A DNA stretch of 64,000 nt, from positions 1-64,000 of IMG/VR virus record IMGVR_UViG_3300014720_000019; one strand, given 5' to 3'. Both the position numbers and the translations under genes were made by a program. Origin of the DNA: a virus. Of this stretch, positions 46,805 through 57,866 are shown piece after piece. Each line of letters opens with the position of its first letter. The first letter of the stretch is position 1. The notes beneath the pieces are model-generated. The model saw nothing but the letters and a program-made list of their open reading frames with translations, ran no database searches and was not told the origin of the DNA.

Positions 46805-48727
46805 ATGAACTTTGCACAAGACATACAGAGTAGTCTTGATACAACTAATTTCATAAAGCTAGTAAGGCCTCTATGTGTGCTAACACAAGGGGCCTCCTTT
46901 ATAGCTGATACTGACATTATCTTTCAAGGGCTACAACAGTTTAATAACATAGGACTTGTATTATCTGCTGCTAAAGATAAAGATAATACACAACTATTTA
47001 AGACACCAACAACATATCAAGCGGTATTAAATCTAATAACAAACTCTGAGTATAGTAGTGGTCTTATTAATGTAGCAGCAGAGTTAACAGCAGCAAACAT
47101 CATTAGATCATTACCTCTTAATGACTCATTAAAGTTAATTGAAAGGGGTAACACATTAGAACAAAGAGCCTATTCAAATTTAGATAGAATTATATTCTTA
47201 TATACTAATAACAACAGTACTACAACTAATAGTAGTAAAACATCAAAAGAGTATTTCTTCTTTGCACCTGAATTAGACAAAACAACAATACCAGCATCAG
47301 CATTTGATGTTGGATTAGAGACTGATATTGTATCTATTGATAATGTTAAGGTTGTCCCATCTATAACAGTTGATCCTAATCATATAGCCTTTATATATTT
47401 CAACATATTAAAGTCAGAACCAGGCACACCACCTCTATTAAATGAAGGGGCCACGCAAGTATTTAATGGAGAGACAATAGAGAATATAGTATTTAGACTT
47501 ACATCTGATATAAATGCTTTATGTACTAGTGTTTATACAACTGGTACTCAAGTATATCCATATTCAAATCTAATAGCAGCACCTACTAGAACCACTGATA
47601 ATATTACAAACATAAGTCTTAAAAAGAAGGATTTATACCCTCTAACAACAACATTTAAGAATAAAACTGCTAGATTTAATACATCTCTTTACAGTGTTTA
47701 TATTGAATTTACAGCTAGAAGATTATCTACACTAATAGCAAGTGAAGCCATCATTGTTAGACCTATAACTATACATAAGGGTATTTTAATTACTGGATAT
47801 GTTGGTACTTACAATAGCAGTACAACATACATCAATAACAACGTTGTTATATATAACAATAATGCTTATAGATGTATTGTATCTAATAGTATTAACATTG
47901 ATCCAACCAATACTACTAATTGGTTATTATTAGATCTATCAACTATTACTTATACAAGTAGTAATTTAGTTAATAACAAGAATAACTATTTATATGACTA
48001 CATAAATGGATTAGTAGTAGGAGTACAAAGTACAACCTCATTACTATATCAATCCTTACAACCAAAGGGCCCTTTATCAGCCATAATTGATGTTAATAAA
48101 GGTGTCACATCAACTGCATCTTCAACCACAACAAACAAGACAATAGATCACAAGGTTGAGATAGATACATTCTACTTTGGTGTAGTTGATAGTAGTAATC
48201 CACAATGCACACAAGCTGGTAAGTTACTATTTAGAATATCAACGTTATCTAATGATGTGCCTTGGATACCTATTAACATAATAGTTGGTGATAAACCAGA
48301 AGATGTAGCATTTAAGCTAGTACAAAAGCTATTAGAGTATAGGGTAGCAGATGATACTCATGTTGTAGGAGCACAGATATACAACAATGCAGTCTATATT
48401 AATGCATATAAGATATCTAATCCAGAAGTAAAAGTAGTAGTAGATGTTAAGTTTGAAGGGGTAGGGGGTATAACTGTTGCTGCCTATTATCACTTAGAAG
48501 CACCACAATCAACAGCATATAACACCTCACCAAGATCAGTTGCAGTAACAACAATACTAAGAATTACTAACAATCCCCCATCTGACAGCAACATTAATAA
48601 AGGCGCATCAACTGTTGACATTGGTAAAAGAGGCAATAGTAAGATGAGTAAAGTTAGAGATAAGATTGGAACACTAAACGATGTAACAGGATCACAATAT
48701 GTATGGAATAGATCAAGTATGTATTAA
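46805..48727 (+). CDS. Neck/head-tail adaptor-like protein with inserted carbohydrate-binding-like module
   Basis: Position; YNSSTTY...VVIYNNNAYRCI...P...W motif. Confidence 0.55.
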   Translation: MNFAQDIQSSLDTTNFIKLVRPLCVLTQGASFIADTDIIFQGLQQFNNIGLVLSAAKDKDNTQLFKTPTTYQAVLNLITNSEYSSGLINVAAELTAANIIRSLPLNDSLKLIERGNTLEQRAYSNLDRIIFLYTNNNSTTTNSSKTSKEYFFFAPELDKTTIPASAFDVGLETDIVSIDNVKVVPSITVDPNHIAFIYFNILKSEPGTPPLLNEGATQVFNGETIENIVFRLTSDINALCTSVYTTGTQVYPYSNLIAAPTRTTDNITNISLKKKDLYPLTTTFKNKTARFNTSLYSVYIEFTARRLSTLIASEAIIVRPITIHKGILITGYVGTYNSSTTYINNNVVIYNNNAYRCIVSNSINIDPTNTTNWLLLDLSTITYTSSNLVNNKNNYLYDYINGLVVGVQSTTSLLYQSLQPKGPLSAIIDVNKGVTSTASSTTTNKTIDHKVEIDTFYFGVVDSSNPQCTQAGKLLFRISTLSNDVPWIPINIIVGDKPEDVAFKLVQKLLEYRVADDTHVVGAQIYNNAVYINAYKISNPEVKVVVDVKFEGVGGITVAAYYHLEAPQSTAYNTSPRSVAVTTILRITNNPPSDSNINKGASTVDIGKRGNSKMSKVRDKIGTLNDVTGSQYVWNRSSMY

Positions 48728-49373
48728 CGTTGCTACACAGATAGCAAGTCACCCTTTGATATTAGCCAATCTAATAACAAATCCAATAACTGGAGAGAAG
48801 GTGCCAATTACTAATTACAGATTATATGGTGGGATTGAAACATCAAGTAACACTTTAACATGCGCTGTATATCCAGCACCAATAACATCATTAACAGCAA
48901 AAGAGCCAACATCACAGACAGCCAGTGTTATATATAGACCATATACATTAGGGCAAGAACAAGATGAAGTAATGTTTATGATTCATATAAGCTTTTACTA
49001 TAACAGTGTTACTGCTGGCTCCCAATCAACACCACTAATAATTCAAAATGTGCCTACACAATTACCTATAAATAATGATGAAATACTAATAGAAAATAGT
49101 AGAACATTAGAACTATATACAGATGTGTCTATGCATATATTAAGTCAATGCATTGAACTGTTAAGACTAATAATATATGACATTAAGATAGATGATTTAA
49201 ACACAAAGATTGAAGTACTTAGATCCTCATTTGTAGGAGGTGAGTGGGAGAGATCTCCCTACTTTAAAGAGGTTGTAACAGCCTGTCTAGTAACAACATT
49301 TCCTCCTAAAGCATCAAAACTAAGCACTAACATACAAAACATACAATATACAATACAGGATAATAATCAGTGA
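48699..49373 (+). CDS. Tail completion/terminator-like protein
   Basis: 224 aa directly before sheath. Confidence 0.5.
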   Translation: MYGIDQVCINVATQIASHPLILANLITNPITGEKVPITNYRLYGGIETSSNTLTCAVYPAPITSLTAKEPTSQTASVIYRPYTLGQEQDEVMFMIHISFYYNSVTAGSQSTPLIIQNVPTQLPINNDEILIENSRTLELYTDVSMHILSQCIELLRLIIYDIKIDDLNTKIEVLRSSFVGGEWERSPYFKEVVTACLVTTFPPKASKLSTNIQNIQYTIQDNNQ

Positions 49374-52132
49374 GAATCCCAGAAGTAATATTTAATGAGA
49401 CACCATCATTAGGTGCCCCTATAAACACCTCAGCAGCTAATAGAGTTGCCATTATTGGTGAGTTTACAAAGGGCCCTTTAAACACAGTACTTCTTTCAGA
49501 CTTTAAAGACTTTGCAAGAATATATGGATATGATACAGGTGTTGCCAATCAATCCTTTCAAGCAGCATATGATCAAGGTGCTAGAGAGTTTGGTATTAAG
49601 AGAGTTATTGGTAAACCAGTAGCACCAAAGATTGATTTATTGATTGGTGGAGTTGCTACAAAGGCTAACAATCTAACAATTAATTTAAAGTTTATTGGTC
49701 AACCAGTAAGCACTGCTACTAGTTACATTGAAACGTTTATAGTATCATCTGGCAGTTATACTGGAACAGCAGATAAGAGATACTTGTTTAAAATAACACA
49801 GGGGCCAATCACTCTAAATGCTACATACAATCAAGCAACATCTGCTACTACTATTACAACATCTATTGCTAATGCTGAGAAGGTTGTAATTGGATCTAAG
49901 ATTGTAAGTACTGAGTCAGGAGTATTAACAGCACCTACAACTACAACTGTAACAGCCGTTGATCCTCTAACTGGTGTAATAACATTATCAGCACCGTTAG
50001 TAACAGTAGTTGCTGGTTATGGCAGCTTTACACTTACTAATAAAGCAACATTAAAATGGGTTGTATTACCCATAACTCAATACCCATTTGCTACTAACTT
50101 ACCTATTGTTACTTGGGGTAATGATAGTGCTGATATTCCAACATATGTTGACACTACTGGAGCAACTATAAGTGGTGCTGTCTTAGGATCAACATTAGAT
50201 CTAACAACTGATGCTGGTGTATTCAAGTCAATAGCAGAAGGTATATCTCTTAAGTTTAGTACAACTGGAGTACCCATTGAGTTATATCCTGGTGAACAGT
50301 TTACTGTTAGAGTTAACTCAACTGAGTATTCAGTACCAGTTGCACAAGGTGCTACAGCATCAGATGTTATTAACAACATACAAGACTTAGTAGGCGGTGT
50401 AACCCCTATTGGTATTATTGACAGACTGCCAAATGAACAAGGTGCAAGACTATTCTTATCAGAGGATATTATCAACCAACCAACTGAGTTTTTTGATCTA
50501 GATGAGCCTGACAGAGTAACAATTGCAAGTGGCTATAGCTTATGGGTTGACTTAGATGAGGCAGACGGCCAAGTAGTTACTACAGGTTCAGCAACATCTG
50601 GCTCCACATCATTGACCGTAGCAGATGCAACTAACATATCTATTGATTCAATTGTTACTGGTACTAGCATCAGTCAAGGCACTACTGTTATTAGTAAATC
50701 TGGCAATGTATTAACTTTAAGTGATCCAGTTGCTGCTAACATTGTTGGCGCATCTATTACATTCTCCAACCTAAATGGTATTAACTTTAGTAACTATACA
50801 AGCCTAAATAAGACTGGTTTCTCAGCAACATCAAACAATGCTAGAAATGCCTTCTTAACAACATACACTGCTGATGGGTTTCCTCTCATTAGATTCACAG
50901 CTATTAGTCCTGGTCAATGGGGTAATAACTTAGCACTTACAATTAATAGCACAGGTAATAGTAAGTTTACAGTTGTAATTGAAGATAAGAATGACAATAC
51001 AAATGATAAGCAGATTGAATCATTTAGTGTTGACTTGTCTAGAGACGTAGCAGCAGATGGATCAATCACATCAATTGCATCTAGTTATGTCATTGCTGAC
51101 TATCTACCAGTGTCAACAGGTAGTAATTTATTCCCATCACAAATTGTAACAAGAACACCACAAAGATTAGCACCAGCTAACCTATTTATTACTGATACAA
51201 ATGACATTAGACATATTAATTATGTTGGTAATTCTAAGCTTACTAACTTGTTCTTGAAGAAGGGCTATGATGGTCCCCTACCAACAGAGAATGACTATGT
51301 ATCCGCAGTGAGATCATTGGCAGAACAAAGAGTTAACTTTATTGTTGTTGCTAGTGAGTTAGGTGCTAGGACAAGTGTAAGACAAGCACAGTTAGCAGTG
51401 GCTAATAACAGTGGTGAGTTAGAAGGTAGAAAGATTGCAATCTTAACCTCTACTAGAAGCCTAACACCTGGTTTAGCAAGAGTTGAGACTGCTGGTATTA
51501 ACACTGAAAGAGGTGTATATGTAGCAGGTTGGGCAACCTATGGTGGCTCTACTAATACTGGCAGATTCAGCGTTCCATTGTCTGCATTCTATGCAGGTAA
51601 GTTGAGCTATATTCCTGAGAACATAAGCCCTGCTGCTAGAAGAAGTGCTGGCTCTATTCAAGGTGTAATTGAGACTGACTTAGATGGTTACATATCTACT
51701 AGTGCCAAGCAACAATTCATTGATGCTAAGGTTGATATGATTGCTATTGACCCCGCCTTAGATGGTTATTATGTAATACAAGGTAGAACACTAACAAATG
51801 TTACTGGTAAGGATAACATCAATCTAGTTAGAATTAATGACAGGATTAGAAGAGACTTGTATACTAACTTACAAAGCTATAAAGGTGAGACAAACTCTAG
51901 AGTTATTAGAGGACAAATAGCCTCTGCTATATCAGCTTATATGACATTACTACAAAGAAGTGGTTATATTAGTTCCTACAATCAGCCAGTAATTGATGAG
52001 ACTAATAACCCTGCTAGTGCATACTTTACTGGCACCTTAAATATAGCCTTATCATACACACCAATATATCCAATTGGCTTAATTGTGATTACATTAACCA
52101 GAGATGTATCTGGTAGCGTTCAAATAGGTTAA
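49370..52132 (+). CDS. Contractile tail sheath protein
   Basis: AIIGEFTKGPLN, SPGQWGNNL, C-terminal INLVRINDRI...LSYTPIYP. Confidence 0.92.
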   Translation: MRIPEVIFNETPSLGAPINTSAANRVAIIGEFTKGPLNTVLLSDFKDFARIYGYDTGVANQSFQAAYDQGAREFGIKRVIGKPVAPKIDLLIGGVATKANNLTINLKFIGQPVSTATSYIETFIVSSGSYTGTADKRYLFKITQGPITLNATYNQATSATTITTSIANAEKVVIGSKIVSTESGVLTAPTTTTVTAVDPLTGVITLSAPLVTVVAGYGSFTLTNKATLKWVVLPITQYPFATNLPIVTWGNDSADIPTYVDTTGATISGAVLGSTLDLTTDAGVFKSIAEGISLKFSTTGVPIELYPGEQFTVRVNSTEYSVPVAQGATASDVINNIQDLVGGVTPIGIIDRLPNEQGARLFLSEDIINQPTEFFDLDEPDRVTIASGYSLWVDLDEADGQVVTTGSATSGSTSLTVADATNISIDSIVTGTSISQGTTVISKSGNVLTLSDPVAANIVGASITFSNLNGINFSNYTSLNKTGFSATSNNARNAFLTTYTADGFPLIRFTAISPGQWGNNLALTINSTGNSKFTVVIEDKNDNTNDKQIESFSVDLSRDVAADGSITSIASSYVIADYLPVSTGSNLFPSQIVTRTPQRLAPANLFITDTNDIRHINYVGNSKLTNLFLKKGYDGPLPTENDYVSAVRSLAEQRVNFIVVASELGARTSVRQAQLAVANNSGELEGRKIAILTSTRSLTPGLARVETAGINTERGVYVAGWATYGGSTNTGRFSVPLSAFYAGKLSYIPENISPAARRSAGSIQGVIETDLDGYISTSAKQQFIDAKVDMIAIDPALDGYYVIQGRTLTNVTGKDNINLVRINDRIRRDLYTNLQSYKGETNSRVIRGQIASAISAYMTLLQRSGYISSYNQPVIDETNNPASAYFTGTLNIALSYTPIYPIGLIVITLTRDVSGSVQIG

Positions 52133-52152
52133 TAATACAGAGTAAACAATAA

Positions 52153-52968
52153 ATGTTAGACATATATAAAGCGCCAGTTAATAATGTAATATTAGATCCC
52201 ATTCAAGGCTTTGACATTGCTGCTTGGTTACAAGACTCAGCAACAGGTCAGATAGCCTTGTTTGGTGACTTTCAATCTATTACATTAACTATTAGAGATA
52301 GTACTGAAACATATTTACCATTAGGTACAAGATTCCCAGTTTATCTAAATGGTGAAGTTCAAATAGCTTTTGTTATTGAGCAAGGTCTAGTTGATATGAA
52401 CTTCATGCAAAGAACCTTTGGCGTTCAGAACATGGTAAGAGAGCAACTAGTAACAAGAGGCCCTAGATTCCAACTAACCTTTGATGCTAATGCTTATGAA
52501 CTAGCACAGAATTACATTGGACAAGGAACCACAGCCCCAGGCATTCAATATAGAGGTGGTGGAACTTCATTCAATCAGATTGTAGGTGGTTCTAATGCCA
52601 GCTTTGCAATAAACAATTTAACACTTGATCCATCAGCTACTAACGCTTCAAGTGGCATTAACAATCAAGCTTTACCAATCACACAAGGTAGATATGAGTT
52701 ACAACGCTGTAAGATTGACTCTCTATCAGTTGGTATCATGCCTGGTAGAAGGGTAATTGCACAACGTTGGGAGGGAGTAGCAGAAGGTATTAGATTTATA
52801 CCTCAGTCACTTCAAGACTTTAGAAGTCAAAATGGTGGTAGAAGTCCAGCCTTTAATGCTCCTAGTGGCACCGCTCTTAGCTCCAATTCTAATATTCCTC
52901 TAACATCTGGTGGTTTAAGACCTCAAGTATTTGGTGGAGCAGGTGGTGGACAAAGCCCAACTATCTAA
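52153..52968 (+). CDS. Tail tube protein
   Basis: Directly after sheath; beta-rich. Confidence 0.75.
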   Translation: MLDIYKAPVNNVILDPIQGFDIAAWLQDSATGQIALFGDFQSITLTIRDSTETYLPLGTRFPVYLNGEVQIAFVIEQGLVDMNFMQRTFGVQNMVREQLVTRGPRFQLTFDANAYELAQNYIGQGTTAPGIQYRGGGTSFNQIVGGSNASFAINNLTLDPSATNASSGINNQALPITQGRYELQRCKIDSLSVGIMPGRRVIAQRWEGVAEGIRFIPQSLQDFRSQNGGRSPAFNAPSGTALSSNSNIPLTSGGLRPQVFGGAGGGQSPTI

Positions 52969-52994
52969 ATAAAACAAACAAACAAACTTATAAA

Positions 52995-53045
52995 CAAAAT
53001 AAAACAGTGTTATTATTAAAAGTAGTAACACTGTTTTATTTTGTT
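52995..53045 (+). terminator. Long AT-rich hairpin after tube gene
   Basis: aacaaaataaaacagtgtta...taacactgttttattttgtt. Confidence 0.6.
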
Positions 53046-53054
53046 TAATTAACT

Positions 53055-53513
53055 ATGAATATTAATACAGATAGAAAGATTATTGTATATACAAATATAA
53101 ATGACAAGATTGATATTGTGGGCAGTTTTAATGTATTATCTGTAACACTAAGATCTGCTAATAAACAAGATCAATTATATTATAAAAACGATAATTATAT
53201 TCCTCTAATAGGAGAAGATATAGTTGCATTTGTATTAGAAGATGGATATTTAGATGTAGAGTATAATTATAGTTTTAAAGTAGTAAATGGAGAAATTATT
53301 AGATCACCTAGGTTTAATATAACTTTTAACTCCTCACCACTAAATCTAGCAACATTTAAACCATTAAATAATAACAAAGGTAGATATGAACTAAGAAGGT
53401 GTAAGTTCGGTAGTTTTATTAATGGTAACTTAGAAGGTGTATCTGATCATTTAAAATATATAGAAGATGAAACAGTAGAACAATTTATAGAAAGGGCCAA
53501 ATCTAATGACTGA
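53055..53513 (+). CDS. Tail tube paralogue 2
   Basis: Shares AFVLEDG, RSPRFNITFN, GRYELRRCK with tube protein. Confidence 0.7.
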   Translation: MNINTDRKIIVYTNINDKIDIVGSFNVLSVTLRSANKQDQLYYKNDNYIPLIGEDIVAFVLEDGYLDVEYNYSFKVVNGEIIRSPRFNITFNSSPLNLATFKPLNNNKGRYELRRCKFGSFINGNLEGVSDHLKYIEDETVEQFIERAKSND

Positions 53514-53946
53514 ACAAATAAAAGATCCAAGAACAAGTTGGGAGATATATGGTTATACAACAGACCCAACAAACAATAAACAGGAGGTTGTTTTATATGG
53601 TATGGAGTTTAAGTTAGACCAACTAAATAAAACAATAACAATAGAGAGATGTTTAGTATCACAAGATATATTAAAACACTTTAAGGTTAAGAGAGAAGAC
53701 TCTGAACAAATAAGTAACCCACCATTATTTACACTTACAACTGAACAGTATTATGTAGAAGATCTTAGAGGCTCTATTATAAATGGTAGGTATGAACTAA
53801 CTAACTGTAAGATAAAGATACATAAAGTGTCTTTAATGCCTGGTAGAAGGGTTATAGCTTATGATGTTACTTGTACTTATGATGAGATGATATATTATAA
53901 AGAATCAGTTGAAACCTTTATTGATGAGATATTAGCCATTAATTAA
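53506..53946 (+). CDS. Tail tube paralogue 3
   Basis: Shares GRYELTNCKI and MPGRRVIA with tube protein. Confidence 0.7.
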   Translation: MTEQIKDPRTSWEIYGYTTDPTNNKQEVVLYGMEFKLDQLNKTITIERCLVSQDILKHFKVKREDSEQISNPPLFTLTTEQYYVEDLRGSIINGRYELTNCKIKIHKVSLMPGRRVIAYDVTCTYDEMIYYKESVETFIDEILAIN

Positions 53947-54036
53947 GCACACAATATATAACTTATAAAGACTGTACTATATACTAATAAGTACAGTCTT
54001 TTTACATATAAACATATACAACTAATAGGAGAATAG

Positions 54037-56583
54037 ATGGCTAAGTATTATGAGGATGCAGCATCAACACCAGTGTTTGCAGTCACCTTTGTAAGTAATA
54101 GAGATGGCATTGTTAATAGCACAGATGGACAAGTAACAACTAGTAATAATACTAATACAAACACACAAAATAGCAATCAAGCTAAATCAATAGAAGATAT
54201 AACTAACGCAGATTATAAATTCTCTAGTGATAGCATTAAACAGGGTTACTTAGTAAAAGTTGATAGAGTAAATAGGTTTAAGTCTCAGGTTATTGATCAA
54301 TTTAAAAGACAGGGAAGAACAGTAACATCTAACTTTAAATATGTAGCAGGTCTTACACCAGAGATTGAGGAATTTCAAGGCTTTTCTTTAGATGATTTAA
54401 GAGCTGATTTATTTACATATGTTGATACTAATATGAAAGGTTATTTACCTAGTAACGTTACTGCTGCTACTGCGGTTGAACAAGATATAAAATCTAATAC
54501 AGCATCAAAGATAAAAGACACTGAATACTTAATCTACTCTAACTTACCCATTGTTAATGTTGGTGGGTCTGACTTATCACAGCAATCTAATTGGTACCTA
54601 ACAGAAGCAGAGGTAGAGCTAACTAGAGATTGGCCCATTTGTAAGGCTAAGTTAGTAGTAACTTGTAAGCTTAATGATGATGGCACTATACCCTCTATAG
54701 TAGAGGTTGAGAAGGGCTTTACATATGGTAGAGAAAACAATCAATTAACACTATTAAAGAACAATGAAGGCCGCCTCTTATCAGCAGATGATGAAGTAAG
54801 AATATATGCTGGATATAAGAGTGAACCCTGTATAAGTATGAATGACTTAGACGACTATCCTTATAGCTTTTCTACACTAAAAACAAATAAACTTGATCCA
54901 GAGAAGGACAAAGATACTATTAAAGAAGTACAATCTTTACAAAAACAAAAAGAGGCAATACAAGATGAAATAAACAAATTATATAGTATAAACTTACCCT
55001 TTATTGGAGATGCAAAAGGCAGAGAGTTATTTGGTAATAATGAAAAGTTATTAAAGGATTTAAATACTAAACTACAAGAGCTTGAGCTTCAGATTAATAA
55101 CTTACAAAGAGATAAAGGTATTCAAAAAGCAGATTATACAGCAGATAAAGACAAACTAGCTCCTATATTCTGGGGATTCATAGACACTGTTGACTTCATT
55201 GGCAGTGCTAATTCAATACAAATCATATACAACTTAAGAGATAGAAGTAGAATACTAGCTGACACTAAGCTTATAACACTACCCTATTTAAATGAGAATA
55301 AGGGTGAAAGAGGTACCTTTGAAGGGCTTAGACATAAGACATTAGAAGGTGTATATAGAGCTGCTAATGGTGGCATATATCTTGATAATAATTATAAGTC
55401 AGCATCAGGATTAGAATGGAGAAAGGGCTTTAATGTTGGAGAGGTCATAACATTATATGATAATAAGATTGACTTAAATGATCCTGATAAGAAGAGAAGG
55501 ATTAATGATCAAACTGCTACCATACAAGAGATATATACAGACGCATTAGCAGAGCAAAGAATTAAGTATGCAGCAGCAATAGAAGATCCTAGTAGATGGG
55601 TAATAGCTAATACATTCTTATCATCAACTGATATTAGTAGTAACAATTATAATGACTATGATCCTTTGTTTCATATATGGACATTAATGCCGCCCCTTGT
55701 AAGTGGTAGTGGTGCTACTAACATGCAAATAATTAATAAGAGTCCGTTTGAGATATTAGGTTATATGCAAGTAACAGAGGTTATGCCTATTGACTGCTAT
55801 GCATCACATGTTAATGGGCATTTTATATTTGGCCCAAGGATACTTGATACTAGTGGCTTAGATGATCCAGATAGAGGTAATAGAACGTACTTCTTCTTTG
55901 ACTGTTTTGACAAGTTACCAGAGTCAAGATCATTGATTAAAAACATAAGAGTACAAACAAGTACTATTGGTGTTTATAACAGATTTACAGTGGCTAGTGC
56001 TGACTTTAACAATGCTACTAACGCATCACTTGGGGACCTATTAAGTATTGTTGATATTACACCTGTTAATACTAGAAATAGAAAGGTGCCAATCAAGCAA
56101 CATATTATAACTGATCCTAAGATTGCAAAGGAGAATAATAAAGAAGGGGCAGCACAAGCCTTAGCACTAACAACAGCATCTAACATGGCTAGAGACAATA
56201 CTACAATCATATTTAAAGTGTTAGGTGATTCATCCTTCTGTCCAGGTGAAGCTGTTAGAGTGTTTAACACTGTACTTCATAGTAAGAATGTATTTACATT
56301 TAATGGTCAAACAGCAACATCATCTGCCTTCTTAAAAACCTTATACGACAAAGTAGAAGAGCTAAAGAAGAAGAATGGTGTTAAACAAGTTGATGGTAAC
56401 AAGAAGATTGCTAACTTATCTCAAGTGCTAGAGGAGATTAGAAACAATAGTGGCGCTCTTACTGATGATTTAAACAACGCATTACCAATGTATAAAGTAA
56501 GAGCCATTACACACTCATTAAAAGCAACAGGTGCTGATGCTGGCTTCATTACAAAGATAGTAGCCATTGCTGACATTATATAA
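54037..56583 (+). CDS. Baseplate hub protein (gp27/gpD-like)
   Basis: DEVRIYAGY, PIFWGFIDTV, LRDRSRILAD, VLGDSSFCPGEAVRV, YKVRAITHS motifs. Confidence 0.7.
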   Translation: MAKYYEDAASTPVFAVTFVSNRDGIVNSTDGQVTTSNNTNTNTQNSNQAKSIEDITNADYKFSSDSIKQGYLVKVDRVNRFKSQVIDQFKRQGRTVTSNFKYVAGLTPEIEEFQGFSLDDLRADLFTYVDTNMKGYLPSNVTAATAVEQDIKSNTASKIKDTEYLIYSNLPIVNVGGSDLSQQSNWYLTEAEVELTRDWPICKAKLVVTCKLNDDGTIPSIVEVEKGFTYGRENNQLTLLKNNEGRLLSADDEVRIYAGYKSEPCISMNDLDDYPYSFSTLKTNKLDPEKDKDTIKEVQSLQKQKEAIQDEINKLYSINLPFIGDAKGRELFGNNEKLLKDLNTKLQELELQINNLQRDKGIQKADYTADKDKLAPIFWGFIDTVDFIGSANSIQIIYNLRDRSRILADTKLITLPYLNENKGERGTFEGLRHKTLEGVYRAANGGIYLDNNYKSASGLEWRKGFNVGEVITLYDNKIDLNDPDKKRRINDQTATIQEIYTDALAEQRIKYAAAIEDPSRWVIANTFLSSTDISSNNYNDYDPLFHIWTLMPPLVSGSGATNMQIINKSPFEILGYMQVTEVMPIDCYASHVNGHFIFGPRILDTSGLDDPDRGNRTYFFFDCFDKLPESRSLIKNIRVQTSTIGVYNRFTVASADFNNATNASLGDLLSIVDITPVNTRNRKVPIKQHIITDPKIAKENNKEGAAQALALTTASNMARDNTTIIFKVLGDSSFCPGEAVRVFNTVLHSKNVFTFNGQTATSSAFLKTLYDKVEELKKKNGVKQVDGNKKIANLSQVLEEIRNNSGALTDDLNNALPMYKVRAITHSLKATGADAGFITKIVAIADII

Positions 56584-56678
56584 AGTACAACAGTAATAAG
56601 AACAATATAAGTAGTATTAACACATGTTTATATATAACAACTATGTGTTAATACTACAACAAATAATAAATAAAACAT

Positions 56679-57866
56679 ATGCTAGAAAACCCCTTATACA
56701 ATCCTGGTGGATACTTTACAAACCTACAATCATTTGCTGCCATATCTAACAATTGGACATCAATTGGAGAGATAGTTAACTTAACAGATGATGGTGAGTA
56801 TCAGAGCCACTTAATACAAAGATATGATGTGCAAGTATATAACATGGGAGGAATGATAGTTAAGGGTTGTATACCAGTAACTAATAACTTCAGTGGTAAC
56901 GGTGTAGGTGAATATGCAACTTATAAGGTGGGTGATGCGGTTATAGTCACATCACTATATGGTAGTTATGACAGCGTTGTAATATTGGGTGCTGTATCAC
57001 TTCCTGGTAACATGGATGTCTTCATGGGTAAAGACACAGAGAGATATAAGTTAAGACAACTACAAGCTGATAATACATACGCACCACAGCCTCTAATAAC
57101 ACCTGATAGAGCACAAAACCCATCAGCCAATAAGATAGCTATTACATCTACTCAGATGGATAAAGATAGTTATAAGAATACAGACTTATTAAAATCATCC
57201 AGTGATAGAGTGTCACTTGTTAGAGAACAAGGACTACCTAATGGCATTGAAGTTGATAGTGGATTAGGTGACAAGGGTACATACTTTAGAGGTGTTGAGT
57301 ATAAGTATATAAATGGTAACTACTATCAAATTGTGGTAGCTGATAAGGAGGACAAATGTGCTAAATCAACTAAGGTTGCAATGGTAGCATTAGACAAGGC
57401 TAAGAAGCTAAAAGAGTTAGGCGGTCAACCTAGAAATAGTAACAGTTTAATTGATACTAGATATAGAGCAGAACAATATCAAAGACTACATGATATAGCA
57501 TTAGAGACTGCTAAGAAATGTAATACAAAGGCAATAGCAACTAAGCAAGCAATTAATAATGTAACAACTACAAACACTCCTACAAGTGGCACCAAAGTAC
57601 CAGCTAACTACAAACCTAATGAGAGTAAGTTAGATGTTAAAACATCAGAGCCAAGATTAACACTAACTAGAGATCAAGTTATAGGGTTTGTATCTAATAA
57701 GCAATGGAATAATAGTTTACCTAAAGATCAAGAGATAGCCGCTATAAGAACTTTATATTTATACTATGGATTAAAAGATGATACAAAAGGACAAGTGACT
57801 CAACCTCTAATTGATAAGATATTAGCAGATCCTGACTATGCAACTTATAAAAAGACTAATAAATAG
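56679..57866 (+). CDS. Baseplate spike N-terminal (gpV/gp5 OB-fold-like) protein
   Basis: GVGEYATYKVGDAVIV...VVILGAV pattern; follows hub. Confidence 0.65.
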   Translation: MLENPLYNPGGYFTNLQSFAAISNNWTSIGEIVNLTDDGEYQSHLIQRYDVQVYNMGGMIVKGCIPVTNNFSGNGVGEYATYKVGDAVIVTSLYGSYDSVVILGAVSLPGNMDVFMGKDTERYKLRQLQADNTYAPQPLITPDRAQNPSANKIAITSTQMDKDSYKNTDLLKSSSDRVSLVREQGLPNGIEVDSGLGDKGTYFRGVEYKYINGNYYQIVVADKEDKCAKSTKVAMVALDKAKKLKELGGQPRNSNSLIDTRYRAEQYQRLHDIALETAKKCNTKAIATKQAINNVTTTNTPTSGTKVPANYKPNESKLDVKTSEPRLTLTRDQVIGFVSNKQWNNSLPKDQEIAAIRTLYLYYGLKDDTKGQVTQPLIDKILADPDYATYKKTNK

